From assembly GCF_009914755.1 (NCBI RefSeq), contig NC_060932.1: 64,000 nt of DNA. One strand, written 5' to 3'. Shown in pieces: positions 43,316 to 60,072 of this stretch (its first letter is position 1; the number at the start of each line of letters is the position of its first letter). The notes beneath the pieces are model-generated. The model did no database searches. It worked only from the letters and a program-made list of their open reading frames with translations, and had not been told where the DNA came from. Both the position numbers and the translations under genes were made by a program. Source of the stretch: the human T2T-CHM13v2.0 reference genome, Homo sapiens.

Positions 43316-44483
43316 TAAGCTGGACTTTATGTCTCATTTACAACATTGTTACTTTCCTTTCATAAACAATTTTTTGGGGGATAATTTTCATCTTTCATGC
43401 TACTCTTCAGTAACTTTTAATTTTTCTTTTATGGTAACTCATCTTTTTAGACTTATCCTTTTTGAAATCACTTTCATAAGTGATATTTTTAAAGAAAATC
43501 ATCCTTTACATTCAGGTTTGTAAACTTATTTACGTAGAGTTGAAAAAGTCATTTTCTATGATTCTTAGAATATCTTCTATGTCTCTGTTATTTTTCCTGT
43601 AGCAATTACTATTTTAGAATTTATGCTTTTTCTCCTTTTATTAATTTATATGAGGATTCAACTGTTTTGCTGATTTTTTTTAATGGAAGAATTGGAATAT
43701 ATCATTAGTTCACACTTTTTCTCTTTTCTATTTCATTGATTCCTGCCTTTATGTTTATTTGCTAGTTTGGTTTTTTAATCTTGTTACTAACTTCTTGAGT
43801 GGGTTTTCTAGTAATTTTAATTTCTTTGAAGATTATAACTTTTTCTGAGCATTGTTTTATACATTCCCCTCATATCTTGTTGATAAGTTCAAGTTTTATT
43901 TTATTGTAACCAGACAATGTTGTTTTAAATAATTATAATTTATGGAATTTTTTGTACCTAATATGGTAAAATATTTTTGGAATGCTCTGTGCAGCTAGGA
44001 GAGAAGATACAGTCTCTACTTTCAGTGTGTATGGGGGATGTATGTGTGCGTTGTGGGGTTTGGAGAAGAGTGTCAATGTGTTCCACTTTATTAATTATGT
44101 GTTTAGGTTTTATAAATCACTTATTTTTTATTTACTTCATCTATCATGGACTGAAAGAATTATAATTTTCTGATATTGATGTATTTTTGCATATTTCTTC
44201 TTCTTACATTCAAAGATTTTGCTTTTTGATAGTTTACAGTGTATTTATTTAGTGTATGTAAGTTCCAAACTGTTCTACAGTCATTGCAAATTCCACTCTT
44301 TGGCTATATAAAGTAACTTTATTTCAGTTTTTTTCTGACTTGAACTTAACTTGGTCTTATATTATGATCAAAAGCTTTGTTTTCTTTCTGTTTGCATTTG
44401 CTTCATTTATTCTCATACTATTGTTTAATTTCATTATAAAATTATTTTTTTTTGTTTTCAAAATGGTATAATCACAAAGTTTA

Positions 44484-44808
<325 letters not shown>

Positions 44809-46861
44809 CTAGACATATATAAAATACATGGTTCTCTGTCTTACCCTTTTCCACTCCCTGTAGTCTAAATACGTTCTTTAAAATTTTAAATACTTTTTTG
44901 GTTGACTTCTTAGGACTGTAAACCTTTACAATTCTTTTGCGTGACTTCCTATTATATATTAATCTATCTATCTTCCTTCCACTTACACCATTTAAATAAT
45001 CAAATTTTAGTTCATTTATATTGCCAATTAAATACATGTTTATTGTCACATATACTTTCACCTCTGTCACTTAATTTCTAACTTTAAATGATATGCTTTT
45101 AATTTTAGCTGTTAAAAATGGATAAACTTGCAGTTTTATACTTCTACTTTTCCTCTCCCTTCCCTCCCTCACTTTTTTGGGCTATATCATTTCTTGATTG
45201 TAAAGGTTTATAAGATATGAACACTGTTATATAACTGCAATTCCCACATTTATTGAAATCTTCACACTGAATTTAATAATAACTAGTTTTTTTTCTATGT
45301 TCAATAAGGTAGGTCTGATTTTTCATTCTTTTATCACTGTTTGTCTGACTGTAAGATTCTTAAGTCACTGCTTATTTCCTTGAGAAATGTTTAAAAGCTA
45401 TTGTTCTACTGTCTGCTGGCAGTGTATGCTGTAGTGGATAAATCTGAGGCTGAAGGTAATTATTTTAAATCAAACGATAATTTGATTTTTTTCTCACATT
45501 TGAAAAGGGATTATGTCTTTTTTTTTAAAAAATCACGTAACTTATTAAGATAACTGAAATCATTCAGTTTTTTCTTATGGCATATGTGCTTTTCCAAACT
45601 GTAAATTGAAGCATTTATTTATTTCTCAAGAGCTTTATTGTACTACACATTTAAATGTATTGGATTATGTATTAGTTTTTATTGTCATTGTTTCTTTTTG
45701 TCAGACTAATTATACGTACATTGGATCTCATCTGCCTTTCTTCTGTATCTATCATTTTCTTTTATTCTTTTAAATTCTTTATCAAATTCCATTTCACTTT
45801 CCTGATTTTCGTCTTTCCCCCATGTTCCTTACTGTTTAGCAATATTAATCATCATTTGTGTTGCTTCTAATTTGTCCCTAAGTTCTGTGATTTTTCCCCT
45901 TCCATTTTCTGAGATCTGCCAGCCCAACTCACATTTAATCTTTTTCTGTTGTCTTGTTATCACTCACCTGACTTTCTCTGTCTTTGTTTAGTGTTCTAGC
46001 TTCAGAGTCAAATTGACTAAATTTTTTTAATTCATGGAAGGCATTTTATAATAACTTTTGTCTGGCCTGTAACAACCATTTTCTGGTGAGTATTCTTTGC
46101 CTGCCATTTATTTTTGCTTTTTCAAACCCCATCTCTTCCTGTAGTATCTTGGTTTAGAAGTTATTTTGACTTCTTTTAAAATTACTTATCAGTTTTTAAA
46201 ATCAGTTTTTCTTTAAACAAATCTTTACCAGGAGTTTGCATGAAAGAAGAGTCTAAGGTTGTATTCCAGACTGGCAGGAACTGCAATCATGACTTACTAT
46301 TTATTCTCTTATGCTTTACTTCTTTGCTAGTGGATGGAGATAGCCAATTCTATAGTTGTTCATAATGTAAAGTCTCTCTCTCCCTCCAGTTGTATCAATA
46401 GACCACCTCCTGCGAATATCACTTGTCTAAAAGAGCCTTTGTCAGTGCCCTGAAAATATCTTCCTAGCCTGTGCACAGATTTTGTTATTGTAAGCAAGAA
46501 ATTTTGGTTTAGCACCTCCGGATATATCATTTACCTTTGAGACTTATACTTTGCATTTATGGGGATATTCACCCAATGTGAACTTTCTTGGATTCATTTT
46601 GCACCCCATACCAGTGCTTGGAAACCATCCCAAATACTTCGTCATTCAGAGTTTTAGAAGGCTTCTATTTTAATAAAGTCATAACTATAATGCCAGGATA
46701 GCTCAGTTTCCAGATTCAACTATATATAATGACTGTGACCCACCTTCTACCATTACCCCTCTTTTCAGAGTTTTGAGTGATAAAGTCTCCACGTTCAAAT
46801 CCAAATGTTGGCCCACTTTCAGCTCCAGGAAGTTGACCTTTCAATGGAAACCTTTACTTTA

Positions 46862-48713
<1,852 letters not shown>

Positions 48714-49818
48714 AAAAACTCAGGAGCAGAAGCAAAGAATGAAAAGTCTTTGAGATATGTAGCAAGAAACTAACTCCAAGTCTAGGAGTAAAGAGCCTAG
48801 AAAGTTCAAAGATGAAATTATTTTAAAATGTCAATTTAGTGAAAGAATAAGATGCTATTAGGGCATGGAAGAGAAAAAAGGATGGTAGATTTCTAATTTC
48901 TGAAGTTTCTTAATTCCTAGTTAAAAATCAATAGTTTTATAATCTGGTATGAAAAAAATAGGTCCTGCTCAGAAAGTCTCAGAATAAATAGAAAAACACT
49001 TTTAGCCTGTTTTTCTAGAGAAAATTCCATTGTGCTTATAATTTTTATCCTTTGAAAGAAACAATAATGGCTGTCTCTAAATTTATCATCTATCCACTTG
49101 GATGCCAACGCCAAAGTGAGAAATAAAAATTTATGCAGTCCCTAAGCCTAAGTTAATGACATAAACAAGAAGTAAAGTCAGTAATTTAATGGCAAATGCA
49201 GTGCTCATATAGGAATTAAGGTTGAAGTAAAAAATTCTTTTTGGTCCACTGTTGTATTGAAAGTGGTTGCTAGAGGACATGTATTTTGTGTGTTTCAAAA
49301 TCCGTTATTAATGGGACTAGGAGTCCCTTTAGTCCAATTAAAACCTGTGTTTATATTTTCCATTAGTGGAAGTTGTTCCCTAGTTTGGCATTAATTATCA
49401 CAGCCACGTAGCCAGTATCCAAATTTATTGTTCATATGTTCTTTGGTTGCAAACAGCTATATGTTTTATATATATATATATACACACACACATATATACA
49501 TCAATCTGCTTCAGTTTCTGTATGTCCAGATACATAGTTCTAACTCTATATTCTAAAGGTTGAGTAGACTAGGAATTGGATTATATATTTTAACACAATT
49601 CATTGTGGTAATTAATACATTTCATGGAAATATGAAGTAAATAAATTTACTAGCTAAGGTCAAGTCCTCCTTCCTTTCTATTTGTATGCAGATTTTATTC
49701 ATGTACATTTTATTCTAATATAATCAGCCAAACTGAACTACATTTTATTACTTTCTTAGAAATCTGTTATACTAATTATAATGCAAAGAATTAATCTTTC
49801 CTCTGTTATGAGACAAAA

Positions 49819-50112
49819 TTTTTTTTTTTTTAGATGGCATCTTGCTTTGTCTCCCAGGCTAGCGTGCAGTGGCAGGATCTCGGCTCACTGCAACCCCTGC
49901 CTCCCGGGTTCAAGCGATTCTCCTACCCCAGTGTCCTGAGTAGCTAGGATTACAGGCACATGCCCCCACACCCAGCTAATATTTGTATTTTTAGTAGAGA
50001 CGGGGTTTTGCCATGTTGGCAAGGCTGGTCTTGAACTCCTGACCTCAGGCGATTTGACCGCCTTGGCCTCCCAAAGTGCTGCGATTACAGCTGTGAGCCA
50101 CCACACCGGGCC
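49819..50112 (-). mobile_element. AluS (Sx-like)
   Basis: Poly-T followed by an antisense Alu body. Confidence 0.95.
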
Positions 50113-50389
50113 TAAAAATGTTATTTGTTTAATGTGTAACTACAAATGTACTTCTTTCACTCCATTTAGAATGAATTCAGCTTAAATACAAGCCATATAT
50201 ACCAAATCTAAGTGCTATCTATGACTTATTTTAAGGTTCTAAGTATTTCCCTGATGTGTTCTTTAAAAATTTTAGAAGACTACATGGTTGAATTAAACAT
50301 AACCTATATAGTGGCAATTTTAGTGACTTGCTAACTGGAATTTAGTTCCCAAGAATGTTACCCACGTTTCTTATTCCTCAGAATAATAA

Positions 50390-50730
50390 AATAATCAGTC
50401 AACACATGTTTTTTGAGCACTTACTGAACACAAAACCTTCTTCTTGGCATTGGGGATACATCAATGAACAAAACAGATAGAATCACTCCTTGTAAGAAGC
50501 TACATCCTAAGAGAATGAGTATGAATCCTTCCGACTTGGGTTAGAAGTGCATCCCGACTGATTATGAGCAGTGTGAACCTGGGTTGACTGGTCACTTAGC
50601 AGTTCTGACCGCCAGCCTCATCATCTATAAATCAATCTTAATACTTACCTCATATGCTCACACTGTGAAGATTAAACTTGATATTGTACACAAAGCTCTT
50701 AGCACAGTACCTGGAATGTAATAAAGTCTT
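50390..50730. mobile_element. L2 3' end followed by a MIR fragment
   Basis: caacacatgttttttgagcacttact...atgaacaaaacaga; ctcatcatctataaa...aaagctcttagcacagtacctgg. Confidence 0.6.
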
Positions 50731-51896
50731 GACATGTTCTTCATGTCTCTATTTATTTATTTTATCCTGACAGTTAACAAAGGTTTCTGGATCAGAAGCA
50801 GACTGATTACTTATTGCTGATCTTAGCATCAGTTTCCCATCCGCAGTCCTCCATGGAGCAAAATGATGAGGGCAGATATTTCCTGTGCATGCAAAGCAAG
50901 ATTTGTACACAGGAGAGAAAGAAGGCTTGCAATTACGAACCTCAGAGCTTATGTAGGAGCTAAACAGCTACCGTTCCTGCTTCCTAAGAAAAACAGAAAA
51001 ATTTTTGGTCTGTGATGTAAACAAGTCTTCTCTGAGACAAACGCGAGAAGGTCCTTTGGTATTGACAATTCTTTGAAACATGAACACGTGGCACCAAAAT
51101 AGAGGAAACCTGTACATCTCCCCAGGATATTTCACTGTTTTAGCTTTCACGGTTTTTACCATTCACTTATCCTTTCAGCCATGTTGCCAATAATTTTTGC
51201 TCAGAAAGTCATGACCATGCAGAACCATAAAAGTGTTCACATTGTTTTTTGACAGTGCTCAATAACCATGAATGATTATTGTTGTTATAGTAATTTGTAG
51301 CAACCACAGCCTGAGAACATGAGTATATTTCATGCTCCAGTCTCCCAAGGAAAGGAAGAGGAGCGAGGGCTTTGAGGAAATAACACATTCACTGCAAAAT
51401 AACAGCATTTACTCTTATGATCTCTTCCTTTTCTTTCCTTTTATTTTAAGTACCTTCTCAAGAGTTTCTCTATACAGTAAGGCTCCCTAAACTTTATTTA
51501 TGGCAAACACACTACAATACATTAGTTAATTGTATTCATTGCTAATGGGTGATCTGTACAACAGTATTCAAAAAATATGTTTTCTGATAAAAGTTTTTGG
51601 GTCAGATACGTTTGGAAAAGCTGGTGGAATATATCTTCCCTCTTGGATATTGTGTCACAAGACACAATACCATGCTACATGTTTTAAGAAATTCTGCAGA
51701 ATTTTATTTAACTCTTCGATTTTTAAAAACTCCAAGTACTAGAAGAAAAACTTAAAGAGATGAATTTATAGCAATGGGTGTCTCAGATTCTTAGGCAGTT
51801 GGATAGAAGAGATAAAGTTGATGGTAGAATTTTCTACCATCTCAAAAATGACTTTACACAGGTGAACACCAATATAACACAACTTGATGTACATAA

Positions 51897-51897
51897 G

Positions 51898-51939
<42 letters not shown>

Positions 51940-52045
51940 CATCTATATCTACATGATGTTTATAATTATCTATATCTATATGGTGTATATCTATATCTAA
52001 ATATAAGATGTATATGTGTGTGTGTGTTTGTGTATGATGTATATA
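51897..52045. repeat. (TA)n/(CA)n/(TG)n low-complexity tract
   Basis: Directly visible dinucleotide runs. Confidence 0.85.
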
Positions 52046-54139
52046 AAACACCTGTGTTCCAGATTATGTACTTAGTACTGGGGATACAAAGATGTCTTAT
52101 GAAACATAGCTTTGTCCTTGAATATCTCATGTGTCAGTAAGATCTGTCCTGAACTGTTAATCCAACCTCTGATAAATAATGATGAAGTCTCAGGACAATT
52201 CTACCTTAAGCTGTATTTGTAGCATTTGTGTTTGGAAACTCAGTCTCTTTGGTTTATTGGGAGATAGAAGGAAAATCTAATTTCTACCAAATCTTTCAGA
52301 ATTCCCTTCTCAAATATCCTAATCAATTTCAGCGAATCTGTAAGTTTATGACCTTGTCAATCTCTTCTACCTCTGAAGGAACAATGGTCCTGTCCCCTTG
52401 TTTCATTTTTGTTTTCTGGTGTAGCAGAATGCACCATGACGAACAATTTTAATGAAGGGATGGCAAAAAAAATATCTCTTTGTTGTAGTTTTTATTAAAG
52501 TTTTTCTGTGATTGTTTGGTTATGTCTTCAGTTAATGGAGTATGCAGAAAATTAATATAATTTACTTCCCTTAGTTATTAATTCAACAGATATTTATCCA
52601 GCATTTAGTATGCGTTGGGCACTGGGCTAGTTACTGTGCTTTCAAAGTATCAAAGGACAGAGCCTCAGTGCTTAATAAGCTAAGAGTCTATTTGAGGAGA
52701 CAGAAAAATAAACAAATAATATGTGGCCTAATAAATCAATGATAGGACTATTTTCAAGGCACAAACGGAGAACAAAAGAGTTATGATGAACCCAACTGCT
52801 GGCTGAGAAGAGAAAAATGAGATTAGAAAAAGATCACATGTCCATAACTCAGATTTATGTTACTTTTTTCCTGCCATTGGTGTTGCTAAAATGAAAAGAC
52901 AATGGCTGTATATTAGTATATTAAAAATCTTCATTATTGCAATGGTAAAAGCATTGTAACCTCCAGTCACCTGCTGGTCCTAGGACAGTCATTCTTTAAA
53001 TCTCTGTATTGAGATTAGCATGCCTACCTCATCAGAAAACCTGACAATATCTACTTTAGGTTACCAACCTGTGACTTTTGATAGAACTGATACTGCCTCC
53101 GATATTTTAAAGCCTATCTACTCTAGAATCTCATTTTACATTAAAGCAATTTAATGTGGCAGCATGAATATCTGATACTCTGAGGACTATCCCTGAGATG
53201 ATCGTGAGTGGTCTTAAAATGTTTTCTACCACCTCTTAAAGAGATATATTACCTTGGCATTTCAAAATAATAAGAAAACTTAAAAAAATACAATAGAAAC
53301 AGCAGAACAGAAAATGCAGTTAATCAAATGGAAATAGTACCACCTAATTAAAAAATCTCTTTTAGTTCAAGCCTATCTAAAAAGTTACTAATGGAGCTAG
53401 AGAAGGCAAAATCATAAGTTAGAACAAGAAGAAACCTCATCATTAACTTTAGGAGGTGATTTTAAGTCCCTCGGATAAAGCGTTGCTGTAGTTTGAGTGG
53501 TAAGTCTAATCAGATGTGGGCTAAGTATTGGCTTATGTTCTGCTCCAACCAGGTAGCCATGTGACCCTGCGCAAGGCACGTGAATTCTGCAAAGTGAGGA
53601 GTTTTGATTTAATTGAGGGTTTCATGAGCTCTGGAATTCTTAATCTGGCAATAAGGAGTTTAAGAAAATCCTGAACTCCCTAGAATTGTATGAAAATTTG
53701 TATTAACATGCATATGTGCATGTTTTTCAGGGAGAGAGTGACCAAATTACATTAGATTATTTCCGTTCCCCAAAAGATTAACAATCACTGAACGAGATGA
53801 TCTCTAACATTGTCTTGAGTCTAAAACATTTTAAGGTTCTGTGATTTTTACAGTTTAATATTTTGGTCACATTATCTCAGGGCACAGAAAGTATTTGGAG
53901 TGAATTGGGACCCCTGAAACAACTGACCCTTTTGTAGCCCTGAGTTGGCATTTATTTGCAGGGTGGGGGCAGTATTCAGTATTTTGTTCTGTTTGCTCTA
54001 GGGGTTTGGAAAAGTGAACACAATAGCCACAAGCCCTCTACTCATTTCCACTGTGCTTATTTCACTATAGCTACGTGTATGTTCAAACATTATAGGCCAG
54101 TGTTGTTAGTACTCATCTGTAACAGAATTACAAAACTGC

Positions 54140-54492
54140 TGTACTGGTCCATTTTATGCTGCTCATGAAGACATACCTGAGACTGGAAAGAAAAAGATGT
54201 TTAATTGGACTTACAGTTCCATATGGCTGGGGAGGCCTCAGAATCATGGCAGGAGGGGAAAGGCACTTCTTACATCATGGCAGCAAGAGAAAATGAGGAA
54301 GAAGCAAAAGCGGAAATCTCAGATAAACCCATGAGATCTCGTGAGACTTATTCACTATCACAAGAATAGCACAGGAAAGACTGGCTTCCATGATTCAATT
54401 ACCTCCCCCTGAGTCCCTCCCACAACATGTGGGAATTCTGGGAGATATAATTCCAGTTGAGATTTGAATTGGGACACAGCCAAACCATATCA
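54140..54492 (-). mobile_element. THE1A-like solo LTR
   Basis: tgtactggtcc...gaagacatacctgagactgg...cagccaaaccatatca; approximate TSD actgc/actcc. Confidence 0.9.
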
Positions 54493-54643
54493 ACTCCGAG
54501 GGCAATTCTACTTTTTCATTACTGTTGTTTTATATATAAACACTGAGATTCTTGCATTTACATATTCAACACAAGTTCACATGCCTCAGTTTTTCAAAAG
54601 GCTGCCTCACTTAAGAATGGTAAACACCAGTAATGCGATTATA

Positions 54644-55190
54644 GTAGAACCCATTACTGCTACTGAATATATACCCAAAGGATTGTAAATCATTCTACTA
54701 TAAAGACACATGCACACATATGTTTATTGCAGCACTATTCACAATACCAAAGACTTAGAACCATCAATGATAGACTGGATGAAGAAAATGTTGCAAATAT
54801 ACACCAAGGAATACTATGCAGCCATAAAAAAGGATGAGTTCACGTCCTTTGCAGGGACATGGATGAAGCTGGAAACCATCATTTTCAGCAAACTAACATA
54901 AGAACAGAAAACCAAACACCACACGTTCTCACTCACTCATAAGTGGGAATTGAGGAGTTGAACAATGAGAACACATGGACACAGGGAGGGGAACATCACA
55001 CATCAGGGCCTGTGGTGGGGTGAAGGGCTAGGGGAGGAATAGCGTTAGGAGAATTACCTAATGTAGATGACGGGTTGATGGGTGCAGCAAACCACCATGG
55101 CACATGCATACCCATGTAACAAACCTGCATGTTCTGCACATATATCCCAGAACTTAAAGTATAATGATAATTTGAAAAAAAAAAAAACAC
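54644..55190 (+). mobile_element. 5'-truncated L1PA 3' end
   Basis: FAGTWMKLETII, 3'UTR and A tail. Confidence 0.93.
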
Positions 55191-56529
55191 ACACACAATT
55201 TAAGCCAAAGGGGGGAATAAATGATTCATAATAGGTGTTTCTTGTTTTCCACACTCCACAGGCATGCCTAACTCTCAGACTCACAAGCATCCTGATTTCA
55301 AAAGGAGTCTCTGGGCTACTTCAGCATAACGCCCTAGTCCATAACAGCACAGAATAGGGCCATGACTTTTGAAATTAGATATATCCGCAGTCCTCCACTC
55401 TGTCCATGGATTTCAAAGAGACTTCTGGGCAGGTCTGCATGTATTGCAGGGACTGGAAGCAGGGAGAGGCAGGGGAAGGACTTTGAACCCCTGGGTTGTA
55501 GCACATATGTGAGGGTGTGTATGACACAGAAGAAAGAACAGGGAAGAGAATGTGATTTTATATGAATTCTGCATTAAAGAAAAATGATCTTGGCTGCACT
55601 TGGTTAATTTCTCTTTAATTGCTTTTGGTCTCCTAGACACGGTACATGATTCCTCTCATAGCCTCTTGTGATTTTGCAAACTTCTCTGTTGTGCAAAATC
55701 TCTCATTCACTCGAAATGTTTGGGTTTAAATCCATTTAAATAGCTGTCTCCTGTTGCCTCTTCCACTGTGCTTGACTGGGCTCCTGTTCTTCTTAGCAGC
55801 ATTTCCTCACGCAAATACGTTCTACCTAGGTGACATCATTTTCTCTGCCCCCCTCTCAAATGGCAGGCTGTGATTTGTAATGGAAAGGGTAGGGATTTTA
55901 AAGTACTTTTAAAAAGCTCTTGTTTGGAAAGCTAACTTGTCCATTTTTAAGCTTTGTGATCTTCACAATATTTTTTAACTACTCTGAGTTCATGGTAGTA
56001 AAACTCCGAGGCAGAGTATATATACAAATTATGGATCTCAATTTTCAATATATCTGCTTTTCTCATAGAGTAGCAATGGGGGCCATCTTTGTACCCCTGT
56101 ATCTAACACAAGACCTGGAACCCAACAGGCTATGAGTGAACGTTTGCTGACTGAGCGAATAAGCCTTAATTTTTTTTAAGCTAGGAATAATCATACCTGT
56201 GAGGTTATTGTGAGAAATAAATGAAATCATTCTTTCTTTCAGAAAATATTAATTGCTGCATATAAATCACCAATCAGTAGGCCTAGGACACAGTGGACAT
56301 GCAATACATATTTATTCTCTTTTTCCTTTCTTTCTGCTTTTCAGGACTCACTATAGGAGGGTACTGGATGCATCCTCTTCCTTCCCCGTGCCAATACTGG
56401 CCTATTAGACTGTCCCCCTCCTTCCCCCCGAGTGAAGTAAGCATATATCGTCTGTGGTCAACCACAAGCATGCAACTTACCTGGCACCTCAGCTGTCATG
56501 GATCAACGACCTGCTTTCATCCTTCCCTG

Positions 56530-56986
56530 TGTAGGACAGTTCCCCAGGTGGCCTTGGACTGATCCAGTTCTCCCCTCTTTCTCACTTGTAGTTCTCAAGA
56601 ATAACTGTAGAATGTGCTGACAATACAGCACCCTGTGATAACAGAGGAGCTGGTTGGAACAGGCTCTGTTCCAACCCCTCACATCAGAAAACAGGATGTC
56701 TTTCCATGCTTTAGACCAGGGTGTCCTGCTTTGTGAAAAACCCAGGGCAGGCTGCTTTGTGGGATGCCTCAGCTGTGGTGCAAGTGGAGCATGTACAGAA
56801 CAGACCCCATCTATCCCAGGCAGCTTTCTTGAGCTGGGGAACTGTTCCCTGCTGCCTGTCAGTAATAAACCCACTTCTACATGGTGAAACTCAAACTTAA
56901 ACATTCTTGGCTCTGTGTGGGTGATCTGTCTTATGGACTCAGACAAAGTGGTAACCACTGTCCAGTGACAGTCAACCAGCTTCACA
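56530..56986 (+). mobile_element. Solo ERVL LTR (LTR32-like)
   Basis: tgtaggacagttccccaggtggccttggac...aataaa...cttcaca; cctg on both flanks. Confidence 0.8.
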
Positions 56987-59689
56987 CCTGCTGCTGTTAC
57001 AGCAACCCAACAGTGAGACTGGAGTCCAGAGTCTTCAACTTGGAGTCAGGGCACCTTGGTTTGAGTTGGTTTCTGTAATTCTATGAAAATAACTTCTTTG
57101 GGACCAACTTTTACATTCCTTAAAACAAGGAGGTTGAATTAGTTGATTTCTCAGGTGCTTCCTCTTTTAAATTGTAGAACTAATCTAGTGCTTAATCGCA
57201 TAAACTACCTTTGTAGTACTTGCTTTTATTACAAGTATTACTTCTTTACCTCAATGGAAAACTTTTTACAGGCAGAAATTCTGACACGTATTTCTATATC
57301 CCTCACATGTCCAGAATACTTTTAATAAAGTAAGAGCTCAAATTCTTTTTCATTCATTAGCAAAATGACTAAGAACTTTTCAGATTTGTGTAATACCATA
57401 TAGGGCTTAAAAAATCAAAGATACTACATTCGATCAAAATTCAAACATTCCATTTGGGGCATTTAAAACATTATAATGTAACGTATTGCACTTCGTGACG
57501 TATTCCACATCTAATGCCACATAATCTTTGGAAGCAGGTGTAACGTATTCCACCTCTAAAAATATTTAGAGGTAATGATATTATATTTATGTCATTTTAT
57601 ACCTAAAACCAAACATTTAGAGTCACATTTACTTCCCAGTGGGGAGTTGCACAGACACAAACTTGATCACCCTGGAATTCATTTTCTGAAAGACATATGC
57701 CTTTCTTATAAAGATCTATCAGTTTTCAAGCAACGAAGTTTCCACATGGTGAAACTGAAAGTTAAGCTCTGGGGAAAAGTATTGTGTAAAATCTGTAGAA
57801 GATAAACTGAAATAAAATAAAAGACAAAGAAAGCCCAACTTAAAGAAAGCCACCAGGAGTTACAATCTCCCCTGCAACAAAGTGTGATTTCAACTGGGCA
57901 TCCTTGGGCAAAGTCGACATGTTTCAGCCTCCCTCTCACACTAGCAAATCCTGTAAGAATGCCTACAGGGTAAAAATAAAGCTGGCTGTGATGAACCTGG
58001 GCTTTGCAGAGACCAGGGTAGTGCCTATCAACTCAGTGACCATGCTTTCTGCCCAAGCACAATGAACTGTTCCGATTTTATGGCCTTCTGTTAGGTTGAA
58101 GCCTACAAAAAAAATAGCAAAGCATCTTGAAATGAGACTTTGTGTGGCTCACTCCAGTGCTGAGCTCCAGTGATCCGGAGCATCACTCTCAAAGTGGCGA
58201 AGGAAAATAAAGACAAGGGAAGTTGCAATAAAGAAACCTGAGTGCTTAGAGCATTCTGTCCAAGTTGTTTTCCACTAAAGATAACATTTGATACCATTCA
58301 TCTTCGACTTCCTCTGTCTCCTCGGGGGCCCCTATTTCTACACCTGCTATCTTGGTCCAATTGTAGCTCTGACAGTGATTTATCAAACTCTTAGATCTTG
58401 TTTATCCTTTTTTTTTTTTTGCCATAGCTTGTTTTTCAAACATTAACTCTCTGAAATGTCCAGTATAACCTGCCTTTCCCAATAAGGTTTATGGTGCTCT
58501 AAGACTATGAACATAGATACTAAGTCACTTAGTATTATGTAACATTAGTATCCATATAAAAGGTGTTATTTCATTCAGAAATGTTGTGGCAGCATCTTTA
58601 ACCTCAAAGTATTTGTTCTCAGTAAATCTTCCCATTTTAGGTTTGTTCTCCCATAGTTGATTGTATAAATGGCTATTCCAATTTAGTTATATTATTCACT
58701 ATACAATAAATTTGACTTGCTGACATTTATATAATTATTTTCTGGTTATTTAACTCACAAGTACTATCTTCCTCCTAACACATTTATTGCTGAAATACTG
58801 TTTTGATTCGCTTCTCATATATTCAGTCCTATCACTTTGTGCAAATGTTCTCTCTTCTCATCTCTTTCCCCTATGTGTATTCAGTAGGCTATAAGTTACT
58901 GTTGGCTTTTGAAAGGTTCTATTTGTCCACCCTAAATTGTCACTCAACATTAATTAAAAGAATAAAATGAAACAATTTAGAAAGGAATGGGTGAGGTGAT
59001 GATGACCAACTAATTTTAACACGAAGATGCCATAAAAAGAATTTTAAACAAAAATCTTAAAACGATATTGAAACCAAAAAAATGAGTTTGCTATATATTG
59101 TGAACAACATAAAAGGCCACATAATCTTTGGAAGCAGATCACTTTCATTTCTAGCTTCTATGAGTTGAAACCTCCTTCGAATTCCTGTTCTCTGTGTCTC
59201 TATTATTATCAAATAGTGCTCCCCTACACTGAGGAAGCTCTTTCCTTTCTGAGTACTGAGAGCTGGTGAGCATATTCTTCACTATACTCTAGGTCTTCAT
59301 TTTAGTGGGAATGGTAGATTTGCTGATTGGTTCTAGTGAACAGGTGTAACGTGTCTAAGTCAATGGACGACGCGACGCTTGTCGGAAGGTAACACCTTAA
59401 TGGGAGCTCAACATTAATGATATAAAAATATGTTTCATCCTCTGGCCTTCAAAATAGTTTCACTTTTGACTTGTCTAGTTTGACCAAAGCCTTGTTATTT
59501 TTCCAGTTCCCATTGTGAAAATAATAACAATAATTTATTCAACACATTATTTATTGAGCATCTTTTATAGGTGCCAGGGATACATCAATGAAAAAAGCAG
59601 ACAAAAGTCCCTGGTCTTAAGGATCTTACATTCTAGAGAAAAAGGGACAATGTACGATAGGTAATTATTTTCCATAAAGTATAACGATG

Positions 59690-59930
59690 CGATGATAACA
59701 AATATTTATTGAGCAACTTACCATAAAATTACAGTGAATTATTTATATGCATTACATTGTTTAATCCTCACACATATAGAGAAAACTGCAAGGTGTGAAC
59801 TGTTATTCTCATTTTACAGATGAAGAAACTCTGATTAGAGAGGTTTAAATAACTTGACCAAGACATGGGACACGTGAGCGTCATGGCGAGGGACTGAACC
59901 TTGATTGCTCTGACTTCAACTCCTGAGATT
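59690..59930 (-). mobile_element. MIR
   Basis: ctcattttacagatgaagaaactctgattagagaggtttaaataacttgaccaag. Confidence 0.75.
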
Positions 59931-60072
59931 CTAACGATGGTCCTCCACCGCTGCTCAGATCAAGGTTAATGACATCTTCATTTCTACATTTCTCTGACAT
60001 GTTGTATTGACTCTTCTTCATTTTGCTGTTAGCATTCCAGTATAAGCTTTCTGGTTGCTTCCTCACTGCATG

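Noticed and set aside
56503-56985. 160-aa minus-strand ORF
   Set aside because: Coincides with a solo LTR; chance ORF.
57478-57553. CRISPR-like repeat-spacer array
   Set aside because: Primate DNA, only three short irregularly spaced repeats and no cas genes; local duplication explains it better.
59116-59352. Spliced-transcript origin for the 57516-57546 insert
   Set aside because: The skipped interval has no GT/GC-AG or CT-AC boundaries; the join is a 3-nt microhomology.
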